Shown: positions 8,366 through 18,112 of the stretch, piece after piece | Position numbering within the stretch: the first letter of the stretch is position 1 | Layout of the letters: the number at the start of each line of letters is the position of its first letter | Notes under the pieces: generated by a model | What the model was told of the DNA's origin: nothing | Seen by the model: only the letters and a program-made list of their open reading frames with translations | The model's database searches: none | Program-made: the position numbers and the translations under genes | NCBI GenBank assembly: GCA_025454495.1 | Contig: JALOOI010000001.1 | Span: 18,415-82,414 of the forward strand | DNA from: Anaerolineae bacterium | GTDB lineage: Bacteria; Chloroflexota; Anaerolineae; Aggregatilineales; Phototrophicaceae | DNA: 64,000 nt | Direction of reading: 5' to 3'

Positions 8366-9256
8366 TTACTCCCCGGATTTGAGCAGCAGCGGCAACTGCT
8401 GCATGGCATAAGCGATGCGCGTGCCGTGCCAGGTGAGCAGCGAACCATCCACCAGGTGAATGCGGCCGTGGTGGGCGGCGGGCACATCCAGCGCGGCGAA
8501 CAGCGGCACATGTTCGTCGGTGAACAGGAACGGCTCGGACGGCAGCAGGATGACCTCCGGCTGCGCGGCAGTCACTTCCGCCAGGGTGATGCGCGGGTAG
8601 CGGGTATCGCGCCCGGCCCGGCGCGGGTCATCGGCGGCGTAAGGCGCGGCCGTGCCCAGGTCGGCGGCCAGCGGGTAGCGGCGCTCGCGGTCAGCGAAGA
8701 TGTTGCTGCCGCCGCACAGCCGCAGCACGTCATGGGCATAGGTATCGGCGTTAAAGGTCATCAGCGGGTCATGCCAGATGGGCACAAACACCCGCAGCGG
8801 GGCCAGCGCGGCCCGTTCCTCGGCGATGGTGTTCAGCCAGTCAAACGTATACTCAATCATGCGAATGCGATGGCTCATCTCCGTCACTTCGAACAGCGCC
8901 ATCGTATTCCACAGCAGGGTAAAGACCTCGCTCACCGTGCGCGGAAACGTCTCCCACACCGCGATACCGGCCGCCGTCAGCGCGTCGGCATCCTCTTTGC
9001 GGTTTTCCTCCCGGTTGACGATGACCAGTTCCGGCCGCAGGGCGATGATTTGTTCCAGCCGCGGGTTTTTGGTGCCGCCCACCGTCGGAATCGCGTCCAC
9101 CTGCCCGGCCGGATAAAGGCAATAATCGGTGCGGCCGATGATGCGCCCGCCCAGGCCCAGGTCGAACAGCGATTCGGTCATGCTGGGCACAAGCGAAATC
9201 ACCGTCTGCGGCGGGTGATCGATGGGGGCATCGTGGGCAAAGGGCTGGCTGCTCAT
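8366..9256 (-). CDS. BtuF/TroA-like (class III) periplasmic-binding-protein fold, cobalamin/siderophore-binding family, without a signal peptide
   Basis: Peripla_BP_2-like profile with no hydrophobic N-terminus. Its stop is 3 nt upstream of the histidine-kinase start. Confidence 0.55.
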   Translation of the reverse strand: MSSQPFAHDAPIDHPPQTVISLVPSMTESLFDLGLGGRIIGRTDYCLYPAGQVDAIPTVGGTKNPRLEQIIALRPELVIVNREENRKEDADALTAAGIAVWETFPRTVSEVFTLLWNTMALFEVTEMSHRIRMIEYTFDWLNTIAEERAALAPLRVFVPIWHDPLMTFNADTYAHDVLRLCGGSNIFADRERRYPLAADLGTAAPYAADDPRRAGRDTRYPRITLAEVTAAQPEVILLPSEPFLFTDEHVPLFAALDVPAAHHGRIHLVDGSLLTWHGTRIAYAMQQLPLLLKSGE

Positions 9257-10539
9257 AGCGTAATCATCTGGCGGCGTTCCGGCCCCACGCTGACCATCGT
9301 CACCGGCACTTCCACCAGTTCGGCGATGCGCTCCAGGTAGCGCCGCGCAGCGGGTGGCAGGTCGGCGGCGTGGCGCACCCCGGAGAGGTCGGTGTGCCAG
9401 CCGGGCAGCGTTTCATAAATCGGGATCACCCGGTCAAGATCGTCGGTGGTGGGGGGCGGGTAGTCCAGCCGCTGCCCCTGATACTCGTAGGCCACCGCCA
9501 CCGGCAGTTCCTCAAAGCCGCTGAGGACATCCAGCTTGGTGAGGGCCAGTTCGGTGTAGCCATTCACCGCGGCCGAATAGCGCAGCATGACCGTATCCAG
9601 CCAGCCGCAGCGGCGCGGCCGCCCGGTGGTGGTGCCGAATTCGTCCCAGTAATTGGCCCCGGTGCCGCGCAAACGGTCGCCGATGGCGTTAGCCTGTTCG
9701 GTGGGCATGGGGCCGCTGCCCACGCGCGTGCTGAAGGCTTTGGCAATGCCCACAATGCGGTTGATGTGCAGCGGGCTGACCCCCAGGCCGGTGAGCGCCC
9801 CGCCCACCGTGGGCGAGGAACTGGTGACGAAAGGGTAGCTGCCGTGGTCAATGTCCAGCAGTGTGCCCTGGGCCCCCTCGCCGATGACGGTTGCGCCGGC
9901 CTTCAGGCGGTGATGCAGGTAAATGGCGGTCTCCTGGATGAAGGGTTGCAGCGTTTGCGCCGCCGCCAGGTAGTCCGGCACGCTGGCGCGGGCATCCAGC
10001 GGGGCAAAGCCGCCGCGCACCAGGTCCGCGCTGGCGCGTTCGATGGCGCTGTGCAGCGCATCGCCAAAGGCTTCTAAATCCAGCATTTGGCCCACGCGCA
10101 GCCCATCGCGCGAGGTTTTATCCATATACGCCGGGCCGATGCCGCGCAGGGTGGTGCCGATAGCTTCCGCCCCGCGTGCCTGTTCGCTGGCCCGGTCGCG
10201 GGCAATGTGCGCCGGCGTGATGAGGTGCGCCCGTGAACTGAGCACCAGGTTCTCCGGGGTGATGCTCACGCCCATGTCCCGGAGCTGGTTGATCTCTTTG
10301 ACCAGATTCACCGGGTTCACCACCATGCCATTGCCCATGACGGACACCACGCCCGGATGCAGCACCCCGGAGGGAATGAGATGCATTTTATAGACGGTGC
10401 TGCCAACGGCGACCGTGTGCCCGGCATTATCACCGCCGGCGTAACGGGCGACGATGTTCGCGTCAGCGGCCAGTGCGTCCACAAAGCGGCCTTTGCCTTC
10501 GTCGCCCCACTGTGCGCCGATAAGGACTGTGATCGGCAT
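9253..10539 (-). CDS. purA: Adenylosuccinate synthetase
   Basis: GDEGKGR and GGDNAGHTV motifs. Start at internal Met MPITVL with GGGGGAA upstream. The longer ORF extension was rejected. Confidence 0.9.
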   Translation of the reverse strand: MPITVLIGAQWGDEGKGRFVDALAADANIVARYAGGDNAGHTVAVGSTVYKMHLIPSGVLHPGVVSVMGNGMVVNPVNLVKEINQLRDMGVSITPENLVLSSRAHLITPAHIARDRASEQARGAEAIGTTLRGIGPAYMDKTSRDGLRVGQMLDLEAFGDALHSAIERASADLVRGGFAPLDARASVPDYLAAAQTLQPFIQETAIYLHHRLKAGATVIGEGAQGTLLDIDHGSYPFVTSSSPTVGGALTGLGVSPLHINRIVGIAKAFSTRVGSGPMPTEQANAIGDRLRGTGANYWDEFGTTTGRPRRCGWLDTVMLRYSAAVNGYTELALTKLDVLSGFEELPVAVAYEYQGQRLDYPPPTTDDLDRVIPIYETLPGWHTDLSGVRHAADLPPAARRYLERIAELVEVPVTMVSVGPERRQMITL

Positions 10540-10615
10540 GATTCCCCCATGAACCGCGTCATCAAACGGGGGCGCTGTGTGTGCCCCCGCCAGAGTATAC
10601 CACAAACTAAACGGG

Positions 10616-11272
10616 CTATGACGCATCCTGATAGCTGCTGCCCAGGCTGATCGTCACCTGGCCCAGCCCCCAGGTTTCCAGTTCGCCGCGACCGCCCAGG
10701 CACAGCGCCGACCCCGCGCCAATTTCAATGGAGATGGCCTCCGGCAGTTGCTGCAATACGGCCTGCACCGCCCGCGAGTCGTCCGCGCCGGTGACACCGG
10801 GTTCCATAAACGCACTTTTCACCCAGTCCAGCCCCGGCAGCAGGTCGCCGCTGTCGGCCAGGGCCCAGGTGCCAAAGAGGTTGATGGCCAGCCCTTCCAC
10901 CAGGATCAGCGCCCCGCGATCATACGCGGCCTGGAGGCCGGCCAGCGCCGCCCCCCGCAGCAGATGATGCAGCGTATTCACATGGTCATCGGTCTCAATG
11001 ACGATGAGGCTGGCTTCGGCAAGCTGCTTTTCCACCGCGGCCGGCGTTTCCTGTTCCAGGTTCAGCACGTAGCCGGCCAGCGCTCCCAGGTCTTCTAAAT
11101 CCTCCTGCAGCGCTTCGCCGCCATCCTGCGCCAGTGACAGATAAATCACGCTGTCGCCGACCCCGGCGCGGGCCAGGGCCCGGGCCCGCAGCGGGCTGCC
11201 GTCACTCTCGCCGCCGGAAAAAACCAGCCAGCCGCTGCCATCCTGCCAGTGCAATAATCCTCTGGATGGCAT
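10616..11272 (-). CDS. Class I glutamine-amidotransferase-like / peptidase S51 (dipeptidase E/cyanophycinase)-like protein
   Basis: LVFSGGESDGS...LIVIETDDHVN...LILVEGLAINLFG resembles an S51/DJ-1-like fold. Start at internal Met 11272, which avoids overlap with the upstream gene. Confidence 0.4.
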   Translation of the reverse strand: MPSRGLLHWQDGSGWLVFSGGESDGSPLRARALARAGVGDSVIYLSLAQDGGEALQEDLEDLGALAGYVLNLEQETPAAVEKQLAEASLIVIETDDHVNTLHHLLRGAALAGLQAAYDRGALILVEGLAINLFGTWALADSGDLLPGLDWVKSAFMEPGVTGADDSRAVQAVLQQLPEAISIEIGAGSALCLGGRGELETWGLGQVTISLGSSYQDAS

Positions 11273-11276
11273 GGCT

Positions 11277-12461
11277 TTACCCCGGCAGCAGGTAATCCGC
11301 GACGGCCGCCGAGAGCAGGGCCACGCCCATGGGCAGCGCGTCTTCATCAAAGTCGAAGCGCGGGTGATGATGCGGGTAATCAAGCTGGCGGGCGCTGTTG
11401 CCCGACCCCAGGAAGAAGAACATGCCGGGAATATCGGTCATGAACAGGCCGACATCTTCCGCGCCCATGGTGCGCTCATAGCGGAAGTCCGCCGCCGGGT
11501 AGCCCAGGCGTTCCGCCACCTGGCGCACTTTCTGCGCCACGTCAGGATGGTTGATGACCGGCTCCGTCTGGTGATTGGTGACGACTTCCACCGCGCAGCC
11601 CATGGCGGTGGCCACGCCGAAGGCAATTTCGCGCAGGCGGCGGTCGATCAGCTCGCGCATGTCCGGCGTAAAGGTGCGGAATGTGCCGTTAAGGAAGGCC
11701 GTGGACGGGATGACGTTGTGCGTCGTGCCGCTGTGAATCTGGGTGACGGAGACCACCGCGGTATCCAGCGGGTTGGCGTTGCGGCTGACGATGGTTTGCA
11801 GCGCCGTGACCAGGTGCGCCGCGCACACCACCGGGTCAACCGCCAGGTCGGGGACTGCGCCATGCCCGCCTTTGCCGGTGAGGGTGATGGTAAAATCGGA
11901 CGAGCCGGCCATCACCGGCCCTTCGGCCACGCCCAGCGTGCCGGCGGGCATGTTGTTCCACAGGTGCAGCCCCAGGCTCACCAGCGGGCGCGGGCTGTGC
12001 AGCGCCCCATCGGCGATCATGGCTTTCGCCCCGCTGGCGATTTCTTCCGCCGGCTGAAAGACGAATTTCACCCGGCCCACCAGCCGGTCGCGGTGGGCGG
12101 ACAGCAGTTTGGCCACGCCCATCCCGATAGCCGTATGGCCATCGTGCCCGCAGGCGTGCATTTTGCCGGCCGTCTGCGAGGCATACTCCACCTGGTTTTC
12201 TTCGGTCATGGGCAGCGCGTCCATATCGGCCCGCACCAGCACCGTGGGGCCGTCGTGCGGCCCCTCCAGGATGCCCACCACGCCGGTTTGGCCCACGCCG
12301 GTTTGCACTTCCAGCCCCAGGCGGGTGAGATAGTCGGCCACGATGCCGGCGGTACGCACTTCTTCAAAGGCCAGTTCCGGGTGGCGGTGAAAATCGCGCC
12401 GGATGGCGACCAGTTCCGGGCGGAGCGCTTCTGCCTGTGTTTTAAAATCAACCTGGCTCAT
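11277..12461 (-). CDS. M20D family amidohydrolase (N-acyl-L-amino acid amidohydrolase / hippurate hydrolase-like)
   Basis: HACGHDGH metal-binding motif and M20 architecture. Confidence 0.8.
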   Translation of the reverse strand: MSQVDFKTQAEALRPELVAIRRDFHRHPELAFEEVRTAGIVADYLTRLGLEVQTGVGQTGVVGILEGPHDGPTVLVRADMDALPMTEENQVEYASQTAGKMHACGHDGHTAIGMGVAKLLSAHRDRLVGRVKFVFQPAEEIASGAKAMIADGALHSPRPLVSLGLHLWNNMPAGTLGVAEGPVMAGSSDFTITLTGKGGHGAVPDLAVDPVVCAAHLVTALQTIVSRNANPLDTAVVSVTQIHSGTTHNVIPSTAFLNGTFRTFTPDMRELIDRRLREIAFGVATAMGCAVEVVTNHQTEPVINHPDVAQKVRQVAERLGYPAADFRYERTMGAEDVGLFMTDIPGMFFFLGSGNSARQLDYPHHHPRFDFDEDALPMGVALLSAAVADYLLPG

Positions 12462-12494
12462 AAATCGTCTATCCTCATCCTGTGTGACGGCGGT

Positions 12495-13214
12495 TTAACC
12501 CGGTAGCTGGATCAGCCGGAATTGTTCAATATAACGCGGCGCATCCGGCGGCGACTGTGGATCCACAGCCCGCTGACGCAGGCGCTCGGCCATCGCTGCC
12601 ATATCCGCGATCTGGCTTTTGTGTTCGTGCAGGGAGCGAATGCGCGTTTCCAGCGTCTCGCTGATGTCGATTTTGACGGTCGGTTCGGCCGCCCCGGCAA
12701 TATAAACGGTGAGGACTTTATGCGGGGCCAGCCCTTCATCCCGCGCCTGCTCCGGGAAGTTCAGCCAGTCGCGGGCGGTGGGGTAGATGGCCTCCAGCGT
12801 GGCCGCGCCGATGGCCCGGTGATCGGGATGATTGATGGCGCGGGTTTCGTACCAGAAGACGGTCGGATCCAGCGTGACGATGGTATCCGGCTGCTTCAGG
12901 CGGATGAGGCGCGTCAGGTCGCGGCGCAGTTCCAGCGTGGGGAACAATTCGCCATCGCGGTAGCGCAGGAAGATCACCTCCTGCACGCCCAGGACGGCCG
13001 CCGCGGCCCGTTCTTCGTCTTCACGCAGTTGCATCAGCCGTTCCGGGGTCATGTCCGGGTCGGCGCTGCCTTTGTCGCCACTGGTGGCCACCACCAGCGT
13101 CACGGCGGCCCCGCCATGGGCCCAGCGGGCCAGCGTGCCGCCGGCGAAGAAAGAGGCATCATCCGGGTGGGCGAACACGCCCATGATGCGGCGGGCGGAA
13201 AACTCTGCGGTCAT
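12495..13214 (-). CDS. PIG-L/LmbE family N-acetylglucosaminyl deacetylase
   Basis: AHPDDA motif, ...HPDH..., LmbE-like length. Confidence 0.75.
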   Translation of the reverse strand: MTAEFSARRIMGVFAHPDDASFFAGGTLARWAHGGAAVTLVVATSGDKGSADPDMTPERLMQLREDEERAAAAVLGVQEVIFLRYRDGELFPTLELRRDLTRLIRLKQPDTIVTLDPTVFWYETRAINHPDHRAIGAATLEAIYPTARDWLNFPEQARDEGLAPHKVLTVYIAGAAEPTVKIDISETLETRIRSLHEHKSQIADMAAMAERLRQRAVDPQSPPDAPRYIEQFRLIQLPG

Positions 13215-13238
13215 GGTGCCTCTCCGGCCGGGTGCGGG

Positions 13239-14237
13239 TTAATCGTCGTCTTCGTCGTCGTCAGCGGCCGCGCCGGCGGCCGGCTGCTGGTCAGCGCGGC
13301 GCTCGCCTTTGGGCTTGCCACAGTCGCAGGGTTCATCGCCGTGCTTGCTACAGGGTTCTTTGGCGGCTTTGGCCAGCGCTTTCAGCTCATCCAGCGGCAC
13401 AATCTCCTCGCGCTGGACGATCTTCACGCCCACTTCTTCGATCAGCACACTGACGGCATCCTTCAGCGGATGCACATCAATCACTTTGCCTTCGCCGAAG
13501 GGCGTGCCCACGCGCTTGTTGCGGCGCGGCAGTTCCTTGCGGGCGGCCACGTACTGCTCATATTCATACACCAGGCAGCAGCGCAGCCGGCCGCACATGC
13601 CGGTAATCTCCGACGGGTTGAGCGAAATGCCCTGCGCCTTGGCCATCTTGATGGAGATGGGGCTAAAATCGGTGAGGAAGGTGCTGCAACAGCGATCCCC
13701 CCCGCACGCGCCAAACCCACCGAGCAGCTTGGCGACATCACGCGGGCCCACCTGGCGAATATCCACCTGGGCGGTAAATTCGCGCTGGAGCGCGTTGCGC
13801 AGCCGGCTGGTATCCACCCGGTCTTCGGCGCTGAACAGAAACGTCAGCACGGAGCCATCGTAGTTATACTGCGCGGCGACGAAGCGGGCATCCTCCAGCC
13901 CGCCCATTTGCCGGGCTTTTTGCTGGCACGTTTCCAGCGCTGTCCCCTGGCGGCTTTCCCATTCCTGGCGCAGGGCCAGGTCACGCGGGGTGGCCGGGCG
14001 CAAAATGGCGCGGTATTCACGGTCTTTTTCCATCGGCGTAAAGCCCATGATCTGCCCCATTTGCCGCCCGCGCAGCGTCTGGACGATCACATAATCGCCG
14101 TTTTTCAATGTGGTATGACCGGCACAATCGAAATGATATAATTTGCCGATCTTCGTAAAACGGACTCCGGCGGCCATCGGCGTGCCGGCCGGCACCGGTT
14201 CAGCAGCAGCATCAGTCGTTAGCGGCAGGTCTACCAT
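13239..14237 (-). CDS. ricT: PSP1 C-terminal domain protein (RicT/YaaT-like) with an acidic C-terminal tail
   Basis: Conserved SLNPSEITGMCGRLRCCL block of the PSP1/YaaT family, followed by cysteine-rich and DDDEDDD tails. Confidence 0.65.
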   Translation of the reverse strand: MVDLPLTTDAAAEPVPAGTPMAAGVRFTKIGKLYHFDCAGHTTLKNGDYVIVQTLRGRQMGQIMGFTPMEKDREYRAILRPATPRDLALRQEWESRQGTALETCQQKARQMGGLEDARFVAAQYNYDGSVLTFLFSAEDRVDTSRLRNALQREFTAQVDIRQVGPRDVAKLLGGFGACGGDRCCSTFLTDFSPISIKMAKAQGISLNPSEITGMCGRLRCCLVYEYEQYVAARKELPRRNKRVGTPFGEGKVIDVHPLKDAVSVLIEEVGVKIVQREEIVPLDELKALAKAAKEPCSKHGDEPCDCGKPKGERRADQQPAAGAAADDDEDDD

Positions 14238-14403
14238 ACGCTTCCCTTAAAGCCAGTGAGGCATACATCGTGGACAACTGTACTGAAAAAGCCCCCGAAA
14301 AGCAATGTTGCCTGCACGGATCGTTATGGCGCTGTGCCGAATTTGCTATAATGATACGTCGGAAAACTCTGGTTCGCGGTACATCCTGCGGGTGGCGTGG
14401 TTT

Positions 14404-15813
14404 ATGTCAACACTGGTGATGAAATTTGGTGGTTCGTCCGTGGGGACGACGATTGCGCTGACGCAGCTTTTGAGCATCGTGCTGCATGAGCGCCGGCATC
14501 ATGATAATTTGCTGTTGATTGTTTCGGCGCTGGATGGCGTGACGGATATGCTGCTGGAGGCGGCCCACCTGGCGCAGGTGAACAACCAGCGCGGCTACCG
14601 GCGCATTGCTGCCACCCTGCGTACCCGGCATATGTCGCTGGTGGAACAACTGCCCCTGGGGTCGCAGGAGCGCAGCACTTTGCAGGCCGATATTGACCGG
14701 CTGCTGTTTGAAATGCTGGATGTGTGCCAGAGCATTGCCCATACGCCATCGATTGCGCTGCCGCCGGAGGCCAGCGATGTGATTGCGGCGGTGGGGGAGC
14801 GCCTGTCCGCCCGCATCATTGCGGCGCTGCTGCGGCAAAATGACCTGCGCGGCGTGGCCATTGATGGCACCGATGTCGTCATCACCAGCGCGGTGCATGG
14901 CAATGCCGCGCCGGATATTGAACTCACGCGGGAACGGGTGCGCCAGCATTTGCTGCCCATGCTGGCCAGCAACATCATTCCGGTGGTGACGGGCTTCATC
15001 GGCGCGACTCCGCGCGGCAAAACCACCACCATGGGCCGCGGCGGCAGCGATTACAGCGCTTCCGTGCTCAGCCTGTGCCTGGCGGCCGATGAACTGTGGA
15101 TCTGGTCGGATGTGGATGGCATGATGACCACCGACCCGCGCGAGATCGAAGAGGCGCGGGTGATTGAGGAATTATCCTACAACGAAGTGGCGGAACTGGC
15201 CTATTTTGGGGCCCGCATTTTGCATTCGCGCATGATCCAGCCATTGAAAGAACGCAGCATCGTGTTACGCATCAAAAATGTTTACAAGCCGCAGCAGCCC
15301 GGCACCGTCATTCGCCATACCACCGGCGACAGCCCGCCGCGCCTGAAGGCGGTGACGATGATTCAGGGCATCGGGCTGATGGCCGAACGCAGCGGGGCCC
15401 TGGCCGATATTACCCGCCTGGTGGATGAAACGCTGTTCCAGACTTCCGGCAGCCATGCCGATGTGATGCTGTCGTCGCAGTCGTCCGCCCGCAGTTTTTT
15501 GTGCTTCATCGTGCCCACCAGCGCCGGGCTGGAGGCGGTGGATATGATTCGCAATGCGCTGCGCCAGCGCCTGCTGAATGCCGACCCGGCCCTGGCCGGC
15601 TGGACGGTGCAGCCGCTGAGCGTGGTGACGGCCATTGGCGAAAATTTAGACACCTTCCCGGCGCTGACGGGGCAGGTCTTCGCGGCGCTGCACGGCATTC
15701 GCATTCTGGGGCTGGCGCAGGGGCCGTCACGGTGCAGCCTGTCGGTGGTGGTTGACCCGCAGGATGCCGAGGCCACGCTGCGCCAGATGCACGCGCTGGC
15801 GCTAAGCCGCTAA
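14404..15813 (+). CDS. lysC: Aspartate kinase with C-terminal ACT domains
   Basis: VMKFGGSSVG N-terminal kinase motif. The start could be ATG 14404 or ATG 14419. The 3' end overlaps glnA by 4 nt (convergent). Confidence 0.85.
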   Translation: MSTLVMKFGGSSVGTTIALTQLLSIVLHERRHHDNLLLIVSALDGVTDMLLEAAHLAQVNNQRGYRRIAATLRTRHMSLVEQLPLGSQERSTLQADIDRLLFEMLDVCQSIAHTPSIALPPEASDVIAAVGERLSARIIAALLRQNDLRGVAIDGTDVVITSAVHGNAAPDIELTRERVRQHLLPMLASNIIPVVTGFIGATPRGKTTTMGRGGSDYSASVLSLCLAADELWIWSDVDGMMTTDPREIEEARVIEELSYNEVAELAYFGARILHSRMIQPLKERSIVLRIKNVYKPQQPGTVIRHTTGDSPPRLKAVTMIQGIGLMAERSGALADITRLVDETLFQTSGSHADVMLSSQSSARSFLCFIVPTSAGLEAVDMIRNALRQRLLNADPALAGWTVQPLSVVTAIGENLDTFPALTGQVFAALHGIRILGLAQGPSRCSLSVVVDPQDAEATLRQMHALALSR

Positions 15814-17174
15814 AAGCGCGTCAGGTAGCTGTCCAGTTCCCACTGCGTTACCTGGCGGTTGTAGCTATCCACCTCCTGGCGCTTGGCCGTCAGGTAGCGC
15901 TCGCTGATGAAGGGGCCCAGGGCATTCATGACCACTTCATCTTCCAGCAGCGCATCCAGCGCTTCGCCCAGGGAGCCGGGCAGCACTTCCACCTGGCGCA
16001 GGCGGCCGCGGTTGCGCGTGAGCAGGGTTTCTTCCAGCGCCTCCGGGAGCTGCAATTTCTGGCGGATGCCATCCAGCCCGGCCATGAGCATCACCGCTTT
16101 GGCCAGGTAGGGGTTGCTGGCCGGGTCCGGGCAGCGCAGTTCCAGCCGCGTGTGCGATTCTTTGCCGGGTTTGGTGCCGGGCACGCGGATGAGGGCGCTG
16201 CGGTTGATGTGGGCCCAGGTGACGTAAACGGGAGCCTCAAAACTGGTGCCCAGGCGCTTATAAGAATTGACCAGCGGTGCCAGCACCGCGCACATGGCGC
16301 GGGCATGGGCCAGTTGGCCCGCCAGGAAGTGCCGCGCCAGTTCGGATAGTCCGTATTCATGGCCGGTATCCATGAACAGGTTCAGCCCGTTGTGGCAGTC
16401 GTGCAGGCTCTGGTGCGTGTGCATCCCGCTGCCGGCCATGCTGGCGATGGGCCGCGGCATGAAGGTACAGTGCAGGTGATTGTTCTGGGCGACGGTTTTG
16501 AGCGCCACCCGCGCCGTCAGCACATGGTCGGCCGAGACCAGCGCATGATTATATTGAAAGCCAATTTCGTGCTGGCCGTAGCCAATTTCGGAATGGGTGG
16601 AATCGACGCGAATGCCCATCTGCGACAGGGTGGCCAGCATTTCGCGGCGCACGCGCTGCGAGGCTTCATCCGGCATATCGAAGTAGCCGGCGTAATCCTG
16701 CGGCATATCCAGGATGGGCTTGCCGGCGGCATCCAGCCGGAACAGGAAAAATTCCAGTTCCATGCCCGTTTTAAAGATGTAGCCCATGTCTTCGGCTGCC
16801 CGCAGCGCCCGCAGCAAAATATTACGCGGGTCGCCGATGAACGGCTCGCCCTGCGGGGTGTGCACGCTGCAAATGAGCCGGGCGGTGCGGTGTTCGTCGT
16901 GGTTCCACGGCAGCACGGTGAAGGTACGCATATCCGGGATGAGCACCATATCACTTTCGGCCACCCGCGCATAGCCTTCGATGGAGGAACCATCGAAGTG
17001 CAGGCCGTTCTCCAGCACATTCTCCAGTTCCGCCGCCGGGATGAGCACGCTTTTCACCAGGCCGGTCACATCGGTGAACCACAGCGAGATGAAACGAATT
17101 TTTTCTTCGGCGGCCAGGTGCAGCACTTCGTCACGGGTCATATTGATATAATGGCGATTCGCATCCAGTTTCAC
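15810..17174 (-). CDS. glnA: Glutamine synthetase (type I)
   Basis: FDGSSIEGY, catalytic-domain motifs, NPYL. GTG start 17174 has GAAAGG upstream. ATG 17141 is the alternative. Confidence 0.85.
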   Translation of the reverse strand: MKLDANRHYINMTRDEVLHLAAEEKIRFISLWFTDVTGLVKSVLIPAAELENVLENGLHFDGSSIEGYARVAESDMVLIPDMRTFTVLPWNHDEHRTARLICSVHTPQGEPFIGDPRNILLRALRAAEDMGYIFKTGMELEFFLFRLDAAGKPILDMPQDYAGYFDMPDEASQRVRREMLATLSQMGIRVDSTHSEIGYGQHEIGFQYNHALVSADHVLTARVALKTVAQNNHLHCTFMPRPIASMAGSGMHTHQSLHDCHNGLNLFMDTGHEYGLSELARHFLAGQLAHARAMCAVLAPLVNSYKRLGTSFEAPVYVTWAHINRSALIRVPGTKPGKESHTRLELRCPDPASNPYLAKAVMLMAGLDGIRQKLQLPEALEETLLTRNRGRLRQVEVLPGSLGEALDALLEDEVVMNALGPFISERYLTAKRQEVDSYNRQVTQWELDSYLTRF

Positions 17175-17277
17175 AGGTTGCCTTTCAGTATAGGTGGTTG
17201 TGATTCACAGGACTACCAGGGAAATCGCCAGAAATCGCGTCCTTCTGGCTGGTGACAATGGCTATAAACGCGCTCCC

Positions 17278-17727
17278 TCAGTCTTTCAGGATGCCCAGAT
17301 GCCCCAGCAGCGCATCCAGCCCCAGCAGGTAGCTGCGCCAGCCAAAACCGCTGATTTGCCCCACGCACACCGGCGCAAGCAGGGAGGTGTGGCGGAAGGC
17401 TTCGCGGGCGTGGACGTTGGACAGATGCACTTCCACCACCGGCAGGCTGATGCCGCTGATGGCATCGCGCAGGGCGATGGAGGTGTGGGTGTAGGCCCCG
17501 GGGTTAAACACCACCCCCACCACGCGCCGGCGGGCGACGTGCAAAATGTCGATCAGTGCGCCTTCATGGTTGGATTGTTCGATCCACAGTTCAGCTTTGT
17601 AGCGGGCGGCGTGGCGGCGGGCACGCTCATTGATGTCATCCAGCGTCAGGCTGCCATAAACATCGGGTTCGCGGGTGCCGAGCAGGTTCAAATTCGGGCC
17701 GTGCAGTAAAAGAAGTTGATGTGTCAT
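17278..17727 (-). CDS. aroQ: 3-dehydroquinate dehydratase, type II
   Basis: [13 protein letters not shown]...HEGALID...NPGAYTHTS...HLSN motifs. Start at internal Met 17727. Confidence 0.85.
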   Translation of the reverse strand: MTHQLLLLHGPNLNLLGTREPDVYGSLTLDDINERARRHAARYKAELWIEQSNHEGALIDILHVARRRVVGVVFNPGAYTHTSIALRDAISGISLPVVEVHLSNVHAREAFRHTSLLAPVCVGQISGFGWRSYLLGLDALLGHLGILKD

Positions 17728-17835
17728 AAGCAGTTTTGGGCAATAGTTAGCGATCACCGCTTTCATTATAGCAGGGGATGCCGCCGCCTGCGCGACCCGG
17801 CCGCAGGCACAAAAAAACCGGCGTAAGCCGGTCTG

Positions 17836-17907
17836 TGCCCCTGACAGGAATCGAACCTGTGCCTCTGCCTCCGGAGGGCAACGCTCTATCCGCTGAGCTA
17901 CAGGGGC
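17836..17907 (-). tRNA. tRNA-Arg (anticodon CCG)
   Basis: 72-nt cloverleaf folded by hand: acceptor GCCCCTG/CAGGGGC, D-arm GCTC-AGCGGATA-GAGC, anticodon stem TTGCC/GGCAG with loop CTCCGGA, T-arm ACAGG-TTCGATT-CCTGT, discriminator A. CCA is not encoded. Confidence 0.85.
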
Positions 17908-18112
17908 GCACTTTTATCATTGTAGCCGCTTTTGCGGCTGAACACAATCCCCGCCGGGGGCAGATTCGGGCAAACGCACCAAATGCACTCCTGCTGGCCT
18001 GGCCGGGGCACGATGTCAGCATGACCCGGCCCCGGCAGCGATGGAGCGCGGCGATTAACGGCTCTGTCGCTGCGCCGCTGTGTGCAAGGGCCGCTCCCGC
18101 AGGCGGCCGGTG

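Noticed and set aside
7502-9340. 612-aa ORF on the plus strand
   Set aside because: It is antisense to the histidine kinase and BtuF-like genes. The composition is Arg/Ala/Gly-rich, typical of high-GC antisense frames, and there are no recognisable motifs.
9253-10626. Longer N-terminal extensions of purA, trpE (to 29915), mtnP (to 61540), trpA, trpF, aroQ and others as given in the ORF track
   Set aside because: Internal Met codons carry Shine-Dalgarno-like sequences and match canonical N-termini of the families. The extensions would overlap upstream genes or are compositionally aberrant.
11271-12506. 411-aa plus-strand ORF
   Set aside because: Antisense to the M20 amidohydrolase.
12522-14141. 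539-aa plus-strand ORF
   Set aside because: It is antisense to the PIG-L deacetylase and PSP1/RicT genes, both of which have clear family motifs. Low-complexity composition.
14238-14403. Possible lysine riboswitch (L-box) upstream of aspartokinase
   Set aside because: The leader between the TATAAT-like -10 (about 14350) and the start codon is only about 50 nt, too short for an L-box. No conserved L-box segments were seen.
17836-17907. tRNA as an integration site for a mobile element
   Set aside because: No integrase, transposase, direct repeat of the tRNA 3' end, or compositional shift in the flanks (aroQ and trpA are core genes).
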